The notes under the pieces: generated by a model
Database searches by the model: none
Seen by the model: the letters and a program-made list of their open reading frames with translations, nothing else
What the model was told of the DNA's origin: nothing
Assembly (NCBI GenBank): GCA_008933045.1
Contig: WBXJ01000001.1
Coordinates: 1 to 41,175, forward strand
DNA length: 41,175 bases
Source: Verrucomicrobiota bacterium
Lineage (GTDB): Bacteria > Verrucomicrobiota > Verrucomicrobiia > Limisphaerales > SXQI01
Reading direction: 5' to 3'
In this document: positions 9,080-17,909 of the stretch, one piece after another
How positions within the stretch are numbered: the stretch's first letter is position 1
How the letters are laid out: every line of letters starts with the position of its first letter
Made by a program: the position numbers and the translations under genes

Positions 9080-9106
9080 GTGGTTGATGCCTCGCGCATC
9101 AACCAC
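9080..9106. repeat. Perfect 11-bp inverted repeat (GTGGTTGATGC-N5-GCATCAACCAC) between the rho stop and the WYL-regulator start
   Basis: Read directly: arm 9080-9090, spacer 9091-9095, arm 9096-9106. It lies 12 nt downstream of the rho stop and 32 nt upstream of the WYL gene ATG. Neither side has a clean U-tract (minus strand continues UCGGAAGUUUUGAUGG). Confidence 0.6.
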
Positions 9107-9117
9107 CTTGCTTAGCC

Positions 9118-10251
9118 TCACCCAATTTTCGCGAGCAACTCGTCGTTGGTTTTATGCTTTTTGAGCGCGGCAGTTAATGTTTCCATCGCCTCGACTGGGT
9201 TAAGATCGACCATCATCCGTCTCAACTTCCGGATCGGTTCCAAATTCTGCGGCGCAAAAAGTTTTTCCTCCTTGCGAGTGCCACTCTTTGGAATATCAAT
9301 CGCAGGATACAATCGGCGTTCCGACAGTTTACGATCCAAAATCAGTTCCATATTTCCAGTGCCCTTGAACTCTTGAAAAATAAGTTCATCCATCCGCGAA
9401 CCAGTATCGATCAACGCGGTCGCGATGATCGTCATCGAGCCGCCCTCCTCGACTTTGCGAGCTGCAGCGAACATTTTACGTGGGATCTCTAACGCACGCG
9501 CATCCACGCCCCCTGTCATGGTTCGTCCCGATCCGCCGTGCACACTGTTGTAAGCGCGAGCGACGCGGGTGATCGAATCGAGCAACACAAAAACGTCCTT
9601 ACCCGATTCGACAATACGACGACAACGTTCGATCATGAACCGTGACAACCGGACATGCGTCTCCAAATCTTGATCATTACTGGAGGCAACCACCTCAGCT
9701 TTAACCGAACGTTGGAAATCGGTAACTTCCTCCGGTCGCTCATCAATCAGCAACACGAGGACATGGACATCCGGATGGTTTTCTTGCACCGCGTTGGCGA
9801 TGAGCTTCAGGATCGTCGTTTTACCCGTGCGAGGCGGTGCCACGATCAAACCCCGTGTTCCCCGACCAATCGGAGTCACCAGATCAATAATCCGGGTCTC
9901 AATAATATCGGGGGACGTCTCCAGTCGAAACTTCTCGAAAGGATCAATCGTCGTCAGATTCTCAAATCGAACCGATTTGGTAAAATCATTGAAAAGCAAC
10001 CCGTTGACCTTCTCAACCTCGCGCAGTTGAGGACTCGTCCCGCGATGCGGTGGTTGAGTGGTGCCTTCTACAAGGCAACCTTCTCTTAGAAAACACCGTT
10101 TAATCGTGTCAGGTGTGACAAAAATATCGGTTGGTTTAGGTTGAAAACGGTGCGCGGATGACCGGAGAAATCCGAAGCCCTTCTCCGAAATCTCAAGATA
10201 TCCTGATCCCGGCTCAGTTACGACCGGAGTTTGATTTACATTCTGTTTCAT
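9118..10251 (-). CDS. rho: Transcription termination factor Rho (short N-terminus)
   Basis: 377-aa ORF. RNA-binding OB motif GYLEISEKGFGFLRS, Walker A PPRTGKTT, LLIDERPEEVT, DSITRVARAYN, and EFKGTGNMEL...LSERRLYPAID. It aligns from about residue 45 of E. coli Rho onward. Confidence 0.97.
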   Translation of the reverse strand: MKQNVNQTPVVTEPGSGYLEISEKGFGFLRSSAHRFQPKPTDIFVTPDTIKRCFLREGCLVEGTTQPPHRGTSPQLREVEKVNGLLFNDFTKSVRFENLTTIDPFEKFRLETSPDIIETRIIDLVTPIGRGTRGLIVAPPRTGKTTILKLIANAVQENHPDVHVLVLLIDERPEEVTDFQRSVKAEVVASSNDQDLETHVRLSRFMIERCRRIVESGKDVFVLLDSITRVARAYNSVHGGSGRTMTGGVDARALEIPRKMFAAARKVEEGGSMTIIATALIDTGSRMDELIFQEFKGTGNMELILDRKLSERRLYPAIDIPKSGTRKEEKLFAPQNLEPIRKLRRMMVDLNPVEAMETLTAALKKHKTNDELLAKIG

Positions 10252-10586
10252 TATTCTATGTCCGAACGATCTCCCCTAGACTTAGCCCTCTGACTAAATT
10301 GAATTTTAGAATTGGGAACACCGAAAGCACGCAATGGTATTTGGAAATTCCAAGCCGAAGTCCTCTCGGTTGAGACCTGTGACAAATTCTTAATACTCTT
10401 TCCCCAACGAAAGTGCAACCGGTTTTCTCCACGAAAGTTTCCTCAAAAAACGTTATTTGGCGAAAACGCGTCAAACCGAACTAAACGGCGGAAGCTCGGG
10501 TGAACTCCGGTGAGTAACAATGGGAATCAGATTGCGTCCAAAAATCAGAATCTTCGCCGGCCGAAAATGTTGTGACGGGCCCGTTT

Positions 10587-11672
10587 CTATGCCAATAGTT
10601 TGAGAAACTTGTAGATCAGGTAGGCGGTGCCACCACTCACTGGGATTGTTAGAAACCAGGCCCAGAGAATTCGTTCAACCACTCCCCATTTAATAGCGTT
10701 GAATCGTTTGGCACTTCCGACCCCCATAATTGAGGACGAAATTACGTGGGTTGTGGAGACAGGAATGCCGAAGTGGGAAGCGAGCCAGATTACCGTGGCC
10801 GAGCTGGTCTCGGCTGCAAAACCGTTGATGGGGTGTAGCTTCACCATTTTATGACCGAGAGTTTTAATGATGCGCCAACCGCCCGCTGCCGTGCCTGCGG
10901 CCATGGTGATCGCGCAGACTATTTTGATCCATGTGGAAATTTCAACACCTTTGCCCGGTGCCGCCTCTGCCAACCGGAGGAAGGAGAGCCAATTCGGCAG
11001 GTCATCAAACACGCCGGATTTGGTTCCTACGACGAGGGTGAGGGCGATGATTCCCATCGTTTTCTGGGCGTCATTAGTGCCGTGCATCACCCCCATGGCC
11101 CCAGCACTAATGATTTGTGCCTTGCCAAAAAAATTGTTGATGAGACTGGGTTTGAGTTTGATCAAAGTAACGTAGAGCAGTGCCATGACGGCAAAACCGA
11201 TGGCAAAGCCAAGTAGCGGGGAGCTGATCATCGGGATAATCACCTTCCACAAAACTCCTTTGCCGTTGTACCAATGGTCGATAGCAGGTTGCGACCAGAT
11301 GATGGCGGACCAATTGCCGTCGGCGGCGGCGAGCGTCGCTCCGCAGAGTCCGCCAATCAATGCGTGGCTTGAGCTCGATGGAATCCCAAACCACCAAGTG
11401 ATGAGATTCCAAAGGATGGCACCCAAAAGCGCACACAACAGCACATGAGAGTCAACCCACTTGGCATCAACAAGGCCAGAAGCAATGGTTTTTGCGACAG
11501 CTGTCCCGATCAATGCTCCGACTAAGTTAGTAATAGAGGCCAAAAAGATGGCTTGTCGTGGTGTGAGCACCTTGGTGGAGACTACGGTGGCGATCGAATT
11601 AGCTGTATCGTGGAAACCATTGATGTACTCAAACACCAAAGCCACGATCACCACGGTCAAGATCAAAGTCAT
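10587..11672 (-). CDS. pit: Inorganic phosphate transporter, PiT/PHO4 family
   Basis: 361-aa polytopic ORF with the duplicated PiT signature (GFHDTANSIATVV ... GTNDAQKTMGII). It lies directly downstream of a DUF47 gene with a 6-nt gap. Confidence 0.93.
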   Translation of the reverse strand: MTLILTVVIVALVFEYINGFHDTANSIATVVSTKVLTPRQAIFLASITNLVGALIGTAVAKTIASGLVDAKWVDSHVLLCALLGAILWNLITWWFGIPSSSSHALIGGLCGATLAAADGNWSAIIWSQPAIDHWYNGKGVLWKVIIPMISSPLLGFAIGFAVMALLYVTLIKLKPSLINNFFGKAQIISAGAMGVMHGTNDAQKTMGIIALTLVVGTKSGVFDDLPNWLSFLRLAEAAPGKGVEISTWIKIVCAITMAAGTAAGGWRIIKTLGHKMVKLHPINGFAAETSSATVIWLASHFGIPVSTTHVISSSIMGVGSAKRFNAIKWGVVERILWAWFLTIPVSGGTAYLIYKFLKLLA

Positions 11673-11678
11673 GGTCGA

Positions 11679-12308
11679 TTACGAGTTCTTCAGGACGATG
11701 TGTGAGATGACATTTCCCGCGTCGCGGCAACGGTCAGCAACCTTCTCGAGCAATTCGAACACATCTTTGAGGAATACAACTTGGACGGAGTCTGAGTTCG
11801 AGTTGTAAAGGTCCTTGAGGAGTTCGAGCATCAATTTGTCGGCCTCGCCTTCGAGCACCTGTAGCCGTTCGTTGTGGGATCGAATGTTTTCTAAATTACC
11901 CCCCGATCGCATGGATTGTAGCATCGTGAGTAATGTTTGCGTCGATTTATCGAGGATCACGATTTGCCGAGTAATATCGACGTTCTTAAGCAACTGCGGA
12001 GCCAGAAGAATTCGCTCGGCGATTTTCTCCACGGTCTTTGGAATTTTGTACAGGCTGACGGATAAAGCCTCGATGTCCTCACGCTCGAGTGCGGTGACGA
12101 ACGTGGTGCAAAGGGCGTCACTAATCTCGTCCGCAATCCGCTTCTCCTTGCGGCGGGAGAGGATGAATTCATCCAAAGTTTTCAACTGGTCGGAGTTTTC
12201 GAGAAATTTGGAGAGTGCCTGGACACTGGTGCAAGCCTCGCGTGCGCTAGCTTCCAGCAGATCAAAAAACTGATCCTTCTTACCGAGTATCTGTTGCAGA
12301 TTGAACAT
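11679..12308 (-). CDS. DUF47-family (PhoU-like) phosphate-transport accessory protein
   Basis: The ORF is open up to 12413 (244 aa). The conserved DUF47 N-terminus (MFNLQQILGKKDQFFDLLEASAREA) starts at the ATG at 12308. A sigma70-like promoter match (TTTGCT-16-TAACAT, minus strand 12350-12377) lies inside the longer ORF. I therefore prefer the 209-aa form. Confidence 0.85.
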   Translation of the reverse strand: MFNLQQILGKKDQFFDLLEASAREACTSVQALSKFLENSDQLKTLDEFILSRRKEKRIADEISDALCTTFVTALEREDIEALSVSLYKIPKTVEKIAERILLAPQLLKNVDITRQIVILDKSTQTLLTMLQSMRSGGNLENIRSHNERLQVLEGEADKLMLELLKDLYNSNSDSVQVVFLKDVFELLEKVADRCRDAGNVISHIVLKNS

Positions 12309-12428
12309 AAGTTGATCTGTCGTAGCACAATGGACACAATGCGCAAGAAATGTTAACTTGGATTTTGTGAAAGCAAATTCTCCAGAACCGTTTTTTTGGA
12401 ACTTTTGGTGCAATCGTGCTGAAAAAGG

Positions 12429-12456
12429 TTGACCTCCTTGGTGGTGAGTTTAAGTT
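12429..12456 (+). promoter_or_regulatory. Candidate sigma70-type promoter (TTGACC-16-TAAGTT) for the DUF5069 gene
   Basis: Motif match only. Hexamers at 12429-12434 and 12451-12456, about 35 nt upstream of the ATG at 12491. Confidence 0.3.
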
Positions 12457-12490
12457 TTAGTTGAACAGTTTAAAAACCCGACTTGTAATC

Positions 12491-12934
12491 ATGAGCACTT
12501 ACGTACCTCTAATCTCTTCCGGTGTGGCCGGTCCTCTTGGCGTTCTACATCTTCCTCGCCTTTGGCTTAAAGCATCGCTTGAAGCCACTGCACAAATCGC
12601 TGCCGGCTATCCTGGTTGCGGCAAAGGTTACGATCAAATGGTCCTTGATGGACTCGGCTTGGATCGTCAGGCAACTCTGGACTTCATCAAATCCCAACGA
12701 CCAACTTACACAGCCTTTGAGGCTTGGGTCAAAACCCAGTCTGGTGTTAATCTCAGCAAGGCATCTGTACAGAAATTGAATCTGTCGATTCAGGGCTATA
12801 TCCATGCCGACGACACCCGTAAAGGGATCCTCGCGGCAAGTGGCCTTGCTGATGACGGTTCCGTGTTTCCTGATGCGATCAATTTGAACAATCTCGACGA
12901 TTGGAACGAGTTCCACGCTGCGGTGTTGAAGTAA
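12491..12934 (+). CDS. Small conserved protein of unknown function (DUF5069-like)
   Basis: The tracked ORF starts at TTG 12461. I prefer ATG 12491 (MSTYVPLISSGVAGPLGVLHLPRLWLKASLEA...), which resembles the N-terminus I recall for DUF5069 proteins. A strong intrinsic terminator follows. Confidence 0.7.
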   Translation: MSTYVPLISSGVAGPLGVLHLPRLWLKASLEATAQIAAGYPGCGKGYDQMVLDGLGLDRQATLDFIKSQRPTYTAFEAWVKTQSGVNLSKASVQKLNLSIQGYIHADDTRKGILAASGLADDGSVFPDAINLNNLDDWNEFHAAVLK

Positions 12935-12951
12935 TTTCTGCGAGTTGACAT

Positions 12952-12986
12952 GCCGGGGGTGGGATTGTCCTCACCTCCGGCTTTTT
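12952..12986 (+). terminator. Rho-independent terminator after the DUF5069 gene
   Basis: 12-bp GC-rich stem (12952-12963 pairs with 12970-12981, two G-U pairs), 6-nt loop, then TTTTT (12982-12986). It starts 18 nt after the stop codon. Confidence 0.75.
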
Positions 12987-13003
12987 GCATGCTCGAATTC
13001 GGG

Positions 13004-13032
13004 TTGCCACGCCGATCTCAGAATCCTACTAT
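13004..13032 (+). promoter_or_regulatory. Candidate sigma70-type promoter (TTGCCA-17-TACTAT) for accA
   Basis: Motif match only. Hexamers at 13004-13009 and 13027-13032, about 40 nt upstream of the ATG at 13073. The -10 overlaps a small inverted repeat, GAATCC-N7-GGATTC. Confidence 0.3.
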
Positions 13033-13072
13033 TGGATTCCGCGTTAGCTAATGTTTGGAGCCGGTTATCTCT

Positions 13073-14050
13073 ATGAAGCACCACTTAGACTTTGAAAAGC
13101 CGATCGTCGAACTGCAGCGGATGCTTGATGATCTTCGCACTCATCCGGAGACGCATTCGTTAAAAATCAGTCTGGAAGACGAGATTCTACTGATCGAGAA
13201 AAAGATTGAGGAAACGCGTCAGGAGATTTTCTCGAATCTGACTTCTTGGCAACGTGTTCAGCTAGCTCGCCATCCCAAGCGGCCCTTCTCTCTCGATTAT
13301 TTGCGGATGACTTTCAGTCATTTTTCAGAATTACACGGGGATCGTCTCTTTTTGGACGATCATGCGATTGTCGGTGGCTTCGCTTATTTGAAGAAACGGA
13401 AGGTGTTGGTTATTGGTACTCAGAAGGGTCGGGATACTAAAGAAAACATTAAACGCAACTTCGGCTCGGCTCATCCGGAAGGTTATCGAAAGGCGCTTCG
13501 ACTGATGCGCCTCGCCTCCAAATTTGGAATTCCAATTATTACATTGATCGATACGGCGGGTGCTTTTCCGGGCGTTGGTGCTGAGGAACGTCACATTGCC
13601 GAGGCGATCGGCGTTAATCTTCGCGAGATGATGATGCTCGAGGTACCGATCGTCGCCGCTGTTATAGGTGAGGGAGGATCGGGAGGAGCGTTGGGGATCG
13701 GGATCGCGGATCGAGTATTAATTTTAGAAAATGCCTATTATTCGGTGATCAGTCCAGAAGGCTGCGCAGCGATTTTGTGGAAGGATCGTGCTGCTGCACC
13801 AAAGGCTGCCGAAGCCCTCAAAATTACTGCCAAGCAACTCCTCGATCTCGGATTGGTTGATGAGATAGTGCCCGAGCCAATGGGAGGGGCCCATCAAGAC
13901 CCCGAGGTCACAAGTCAGAATCTACAGGAGGTTCTTATTAAAAACCTTGAGGCTATCTCAAAACTTTCTGTGAAGGATCTGTTGGCCAGCCGTTATGCCA
14001 AGTTTCGGGCTCACGGTCATGTGTTTGAAGAGGTGAACACTGCCGCTTGA
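13073..14050 (+). CDS. accA: Acetyl-CoA carboxylase carboxyltransferase subunit alpha
   Basis: Conserved AccA sequence (LDFEKPIVELQ...RHPKRPFSLDY...GRDTKENIKRNFG...PEGYRKALRLMRLASKFGIPIITLIDTAGAFPG...GEGGSGGALGIG). The tracked ORF begins at TTG 13055; ATG 13073 (MKHHLDFEKP) is preferred. Confidence 0.95.
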   Translation: MKHHLDFEKPIVELQRMLDDLRTHPETHSLKISLEDEILLIEKKIEETRQEIFSNLTSWQRVQLARHPKRPFSLDYLRMTFSHFSELHGDRLFLDDHAIVGGFAYLKKRKVLVIGTQKGRDTKENIKRNFGSAHPEGYRKALRLMRLASKFGIPIITLIDTAGAFPGVGAEERHIAEAIGVNLREMMMLEVPIVAAVIGEGGSGGALGIGIADRVLILENAYYSVISPEGCAAILWKDRAAAPKAAEALKITAKQLLDLGLVDEIVPEPMGGAHQDPEVTSQNLQEVLIKNLEAISKLSVKDLLASRYAKFRAHGHVFEEVNTAA

Positions 14051-14052
14051 TT

Positions 14053-15027
14053 ATGCTTTACCCGTTGATGTTCGAGCCGATCTTCCAACCCCGCATCTGG
14101 GGTGGTCGATCCCTCGAAACGCTCTACGGCAAAGCATTGCCCGCCGATGTTCCAATTGGTGAATCGTGGGAAATCTCAGATCGCGGGGATGCCACTAGTA
14201 TTATTTCCAACGGCAATCTAGCTGGCAAATCCTTGCGATGGTTGATGGAGGAGCATGGTTCCAAGGTGATGGGTAAGGCCAAAGCCTTGAACGGAAGATT
14301 TCCTTTATTGATCAAAATCCTCGACGCTCGGGAAAAACTTTCACTTCAGGTTCATCCTCCAGCACATTTGGCAGCGGCCTTAAAAGGAGAGCCGAAGACT
14401 GAGATGTGGTATTTTACCCAGGCCGAACCCAAGGCAGAGATTTTTGCGGGGTTGAAATCTGGCGTCACTGAGTCGATGTTTGCAGCCAAGACACACGATG
14501 GGACAGTTGCGGAATGTTTTCATCGTATCCCTGTCCGCCAAGGTGATGCTATGTTTTTACCCAGCGGCCGTGTGCATGCACTAGGGCAGGGGATGGTCAT
14601 CTTCGAAATTCAGCAGAATTCAGACACTACCTATCGGGTATTTGATTGGAATCGGACCGACAACCAAGGTATGCGCCGCGATCTGCACATCGAGCAATCC
14701 CTACGTTGCATTGACTTTGATGACGTGGAGCCGAGCCTGATTGAAGTGATCAGTCCGCTGGAAGCCCAAGGTGTGCGGGTGTGTTCCTTGGTGGATCATG
14801 AACTGTTTCATGTAGATTTGGTTGAAACCCAAGGCACCTCAACCCTGCAGTATTCTCTAGAATCTCCAATGGTCGTGGGTGTTGTTCAAGGGGGTGCCTT
14901 AATTCAACACGGCTCAGAACAGATCAACCTTTCGGCGGGCAATTTTGCGCTCATTCCGGCCAACCTCGCCCGAATCGAGATTTGCGCCACCGCGCAAGCT
15001 CGCCTGCTTCTCGCTTCACCCAATTGA
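14053..15027 (+). CDS. manA: Type I phosphomannose isomerase (mannose-6-phosphate isomerase)
   Basis: MLYPLMFEPIFQPRIWGG, IGESWEISD, FPLLIKILDAREKLSLQVHP, and FLPSGRVHALGQGMVIFEIQQNSDTTYRVFDW are the cupin-type PMI signatures. The tracked ORF starts at TTG 14047, overlapping the accA stop. Confidence 0.9.
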   Translation: MLYPLMFEPIFQPRIWGGRSLETLYGKALPADVPIGESWEISDRGDATSIISNGNLAGKSLRWLMEEHGSKVMGKAKALNGRFPLLIKILDAREKLSLQVHPPAHLAAALKGEPKTEMWYFTQAEPKAEIFAGLKSGVTESMFAAKTHDGTVAECFHRIPVRQGDAMFLPSGRVHALGQGMVIFEIQQNSDTTYRVFDWNRTDNQGMRRDLHIEQSLRCIDFDDVEPSLIEVISPLEAQGVRVCSLVDHELFHVDLVETQGTSTLQYSLESPMVVGVVQGGALIQHGSEQINLSAGNFALIPANLARIEICATAQARLLLASPN

Positions 15028-15050
15028 ACGCGGCCATCTTGAGGTAAGGC

Positions 15051-16373
15051 TCAGGCGCGGTGCCGGTTTCGGTCAAGCAACACGGCACCCAAAATCACCA
15101 GACCTAACACGACTTTTTGCGTGTAACTCTCAACATCCGTTAAATTCATGCCGTTCTGAATCACAGCGATGGTGAAGGCTCCGGTAAGGGTTCCAAACAT
15201 TTTTCCCTCGCCTCCACTCAGGCTGGTTCCACCGACCACCACGGCGGCAATGACGTAAAGTTCGTACATAGTGCCATAAGTCGGCGAGCCACTTTTGAGT
15301 TGAGAAGCCATAATCACTCCTCCCAAGCCAGCGAGCAAAGCGCTAGCGATGTAAGCAAACATCAACACTCGTTGCACAGGCACTCCGGAGAGCCTTGCGG
15401 CCTCGCGGTTTCCTCCCACCGCATAAAGGTAACGACCCTGCTTCATGCGAGACATGAGAATATGAGCCAGAGCATAAAGAATCAGCATCAACACAACCGC
15501 GTTGGGTAATTCAAAAAAATCTGCACCACGCCCCAGCCAAACAAAGGAATCCGAGATTTGGTAGATGGATTGGCCCTTGGCAATAATGTAGGCCAACCCG
15601 CTCCCAACCAGCATCATTGCCAAGGTCACAATAAATGGCGGGATTCCGAAGCGAGTAATCATCAGCCCCGAGAATAGCCCGACGACCCCACAAAGCAGAA
15701 TCGAGACGACGCAGGCAAGAAGCATTCCCATCGGAGTCGCGGTCATGCCACCCGCGAAATCACGAATAAATTTTGCAGCGAGTACCGCTGAAAGTGCGAG
15801 CAAACTTCCCACGGAAAGATCGATGCCCCCCGTGATAATCACCAGCGTCATGCCAATGGCAACGATCGCAATGACAGCAATCTGGTTGGCGATATTGAGC
15901 AAATTGTCTGACTTGAGAAAGTCAGGCCACCGATAAGTCTTTGGAGTGATCACTTTGGGTTCGCCGAGAGCGGGAAAGCTCGTTTTGAGATCTGAGAATA
16001 ATAACCAACCGCCAGTGACTTGGGTGCATGCAATAGCTTCTAGCTTTTCAGAAGCAGTAACAATTTTTTGTAATGCCTCGCGAGCGTCCTTCGGTTCTCC
16101 TTTCGCGATCCCAAGTATGCGCACTCCTGATGCCAAGAGGTCGCGCTCGAGTTTCTTTGAGAAGGCGGCATCTCCCGGCTGTTCACTAGTAACAATCAAA
16201 ACTCTCGGTGCATTTTTGAAATCCTCCAAAATTGCAGCGGCGACATCTTTAGCGGCGGCCTCCCCGGTGGGAGATTGTTCCTTGTAGGTTTTTGCACTAA
16301 AGAATGCACAAAGGAGAAGCAGGACGAACACCATGCCGTAATCGGCGAAAAATCGAGGGAATGTAAGTTTCAT
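15051..16373 (-). CDS. Sugar ABC transporter permease (RbsC-type) with ~120-aa insertion after TM1
   Basis: 440-aa ORF. From aa ~155 it matches the RbsC/BPD_transp_2 core (NLLNIANQIAVIAIVAIGMTLVIITGGIDLSVGS). Residues ~28-150, between TM1 and that core, are extra. Confidence 0.9.
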   Translation of the reverse strand: MKLTFPRFFADYGMVFVLLLLCAFFSAKTYKEQSPTGEAAAKDVAAAILEDFKNAPRVLIVTSEQPGDAAFSKKLERDLLASGVRILGIAKGEPKDAREALQKIVTASEKLEAIACTQVTGGWLLFSDLKTSFPALGEPKVITPKTYRWPDFLKSDNLLNIANQIAVIAIVAIGMTLVIITGGIDLSVGSLLALSAVLAAKFIRDFAGGMTATPMGMLLACVVSILLCGVVGLFSGLMITRFGIPPFIVTLAMMLVGSGLAYIIAKGQSIYQISDSFVWLGRGADFFELPNAVVLMLILYALAHILMSRMKQGRYLYAVGGNREAARLSGVPVQRVLMFAYIASALLAGLGGVIMASQLKSGSPTYGTMYELYVIAAVVVGGTSLSGGEGKMFGTLTGAFTIAVIQNGMNLTDVESYTQKVVLGLVILGAVLLDRNRHRA

Positions 16374-16377
16374 CTTT

Positions 16378-17868
16378 TTAGGACATGGCTAGCTGCATGA
16401 TTTGCTCCTGGGTCGCCTGCCGGACATCGTTAATTTCACCCGTCACACGTCCCTCGTGCATGACAAGGATCCGGTCGGCCATGCCGAGCACTTCTGGAAA
16501 CTCGGAACTGATCATAATGATCGCTTTTCCAGCAGCGGCGAGTTCGTTCATAAGGAGGTAAATTTCGTATTTCGCACCGACATCGATACCTCGTGTCGGC
16601 TCATCAAAGATTAACACCTCACAATTGCGAGCCAGCCATTTTGACAACACGACTTTCTGTTGGTTGCCGCCTGAAAGGTGATTAGAAATTTGTTCCTGAT
16701 TGGACACTTTGATCTTAAGTAAACCGATGTAATGATCCAACTCCCTGCGTTCGCGACTCTGGCGCACAAACCCACGATGAGAAAGCCACGTCAGATTGGG
16801 GAGACCAAAATTCTCACGCACCGAGTGTTTGAGTATCAACCCCTGCAATTTGCGATCCTCGGTCAACAGGCCGATACCCAAGGAGATAGCCTCCTTGGGA
16901 GAGCGAATCGTTAACTCCTTGCCATCAAGTCGGATCGTTCCAGCATCGCGGGCATCGGCTCCAAAAATTAACCTCACGGTTTCCGTGCGTCCGGCACCGA
17001 CTAATCCCGTCAGGGCAAGAATCTCTCCTCGGCGCACAGTCAACGAAACATTCTGAACAGTGCGACCACGTCTCAAACCGGTGGCTTCGAGACGCGTTGC
17101 TCCGATCATGGAATTCCGTTTGGGAAATTCATCCTTCAGATCGCGACCCACCATCAGTTCAATCATTTCGTTCCGGGTGATTTGTTTGATAGGTCGATCC
17201 CCTACGTTTTTTCCGTCGCGCAGAACAGTCACACGGTCGGCAATCGCTGCGATCTCGTCGAGTCGATGACTGATGTAGATAATGCCGATGCCTTGCCGTT
17301 TTAAATCTCGAATGATTTCGAATAAACGCCCCACCTCATAGGAAGTTAGTGTTGCACTGGGTTCGTCCATCACAATGATGCGAGCATCGAACGCGAGTGC
17401 TTTGGCGATCTCAACCAATTGTTGCTGCGCTGTGCTGAGCCTTCGGCAGGGGGTATCAATCTCTATCTCAACACCGAGCCGTTTAAATAATTCTGTCGCA
17501 GACCGACGCTCCTGATTGCGGGCCACAAAACCACCACGAGTGATCTCATGACCGAGGAAAAGATTTTCGGAAGCAGTGAGGCTTGGAACAAGATTAAACT
17601 CTTGATAAATGACAGCAACTCCCGCGCTCCGAGAATCTTTGAGGGAGTGAAATGGAATCTCCCGACCGTCGATCAATATCCCGCCTTGATCTGCGTGATC
17701 AGCCCCTCCCAGCACTTTCATTAGGGTGCTCTTACCAGCCCCATTCTCGCCGAGCAACGCCAGCACCTCCCCTGCATGCAGCGTCAAGTTGACACCACGC
17801 AAGGCTTGCACCCCGGGGAAAGACTTAACGATCCCCCTCATTTCGAGGAGCGGGGCGGTGTCGATCAT
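16378..17868 (-). CDS. Sugar ABC transporter ATP-binding protein (RbsA-type, two NBDs)
   Basis: 496-aa ORF. NBD1 has GENGAGKST / LSTAQQQLVEIAKAL / IIVMDEPSA. NBD2 has GLVGAGRTE / LSGGNQQKVVLSKWL / VLIFDEPTRGID. Confidence 0.95.
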   Translation of the reverse strand: MIDTAPLLEMRGIVKSFPGVQALRGVNLTLHAGEVLALLGENGAGKSTLMKVLGGADHADQGGILIDGREIPFHSLKDSRSAGVAVIYQEFNLVPSLTASENLFLGHEITRGGFVARNQERRSATELFKRLGVEIEIDTPCRRLSTAQQQLVEIAKALAFDARIIVMDEPSATLTSYEVGRLFEIIRDLKRQGIGIIYISHRLDEIAAIADRVTVLRDGKNVGDRPIKQITRNEMIELMVGRDLKDEFPKRNSMIGATRLEATGLRRGRTVQNVSLTVRRGEILALTGLVGAGRTETVRLIFGADARDAGTIRLDGKELTIRSPKEAISLGIGLLTEDRKLQGLILKHSVRENFGLPNLTWLSHRGFVRQSRERRELDHYIGLLKIKVSNQEQISNHLSGGNQQKVVLSKWLARNCEVLIFDEPTRGIDVGAKYEIYLLMNELAAAGKAIIMISSEFPEVLGMADRILVMHEGRVTGEINDVRQATQEQIMQLAMS

Positions 17869-17909
17869 AGGATGAAAGCGTCCTCCAATCCGTGCCGATT
17901 CCTCGGCGA

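Noticed and set aside
10256-10474. 72-aa minus-strand ORF ending 4 nt before the rho start (possible leader peptide or lost Rho N-domain)
   Set aside because: It is in a different frame from rho and has no resemblance to the Rho N-terminal helix bundle. Its composition is odd (C/R/F-rich). It most likely arises by chance within the rho 5' leader.
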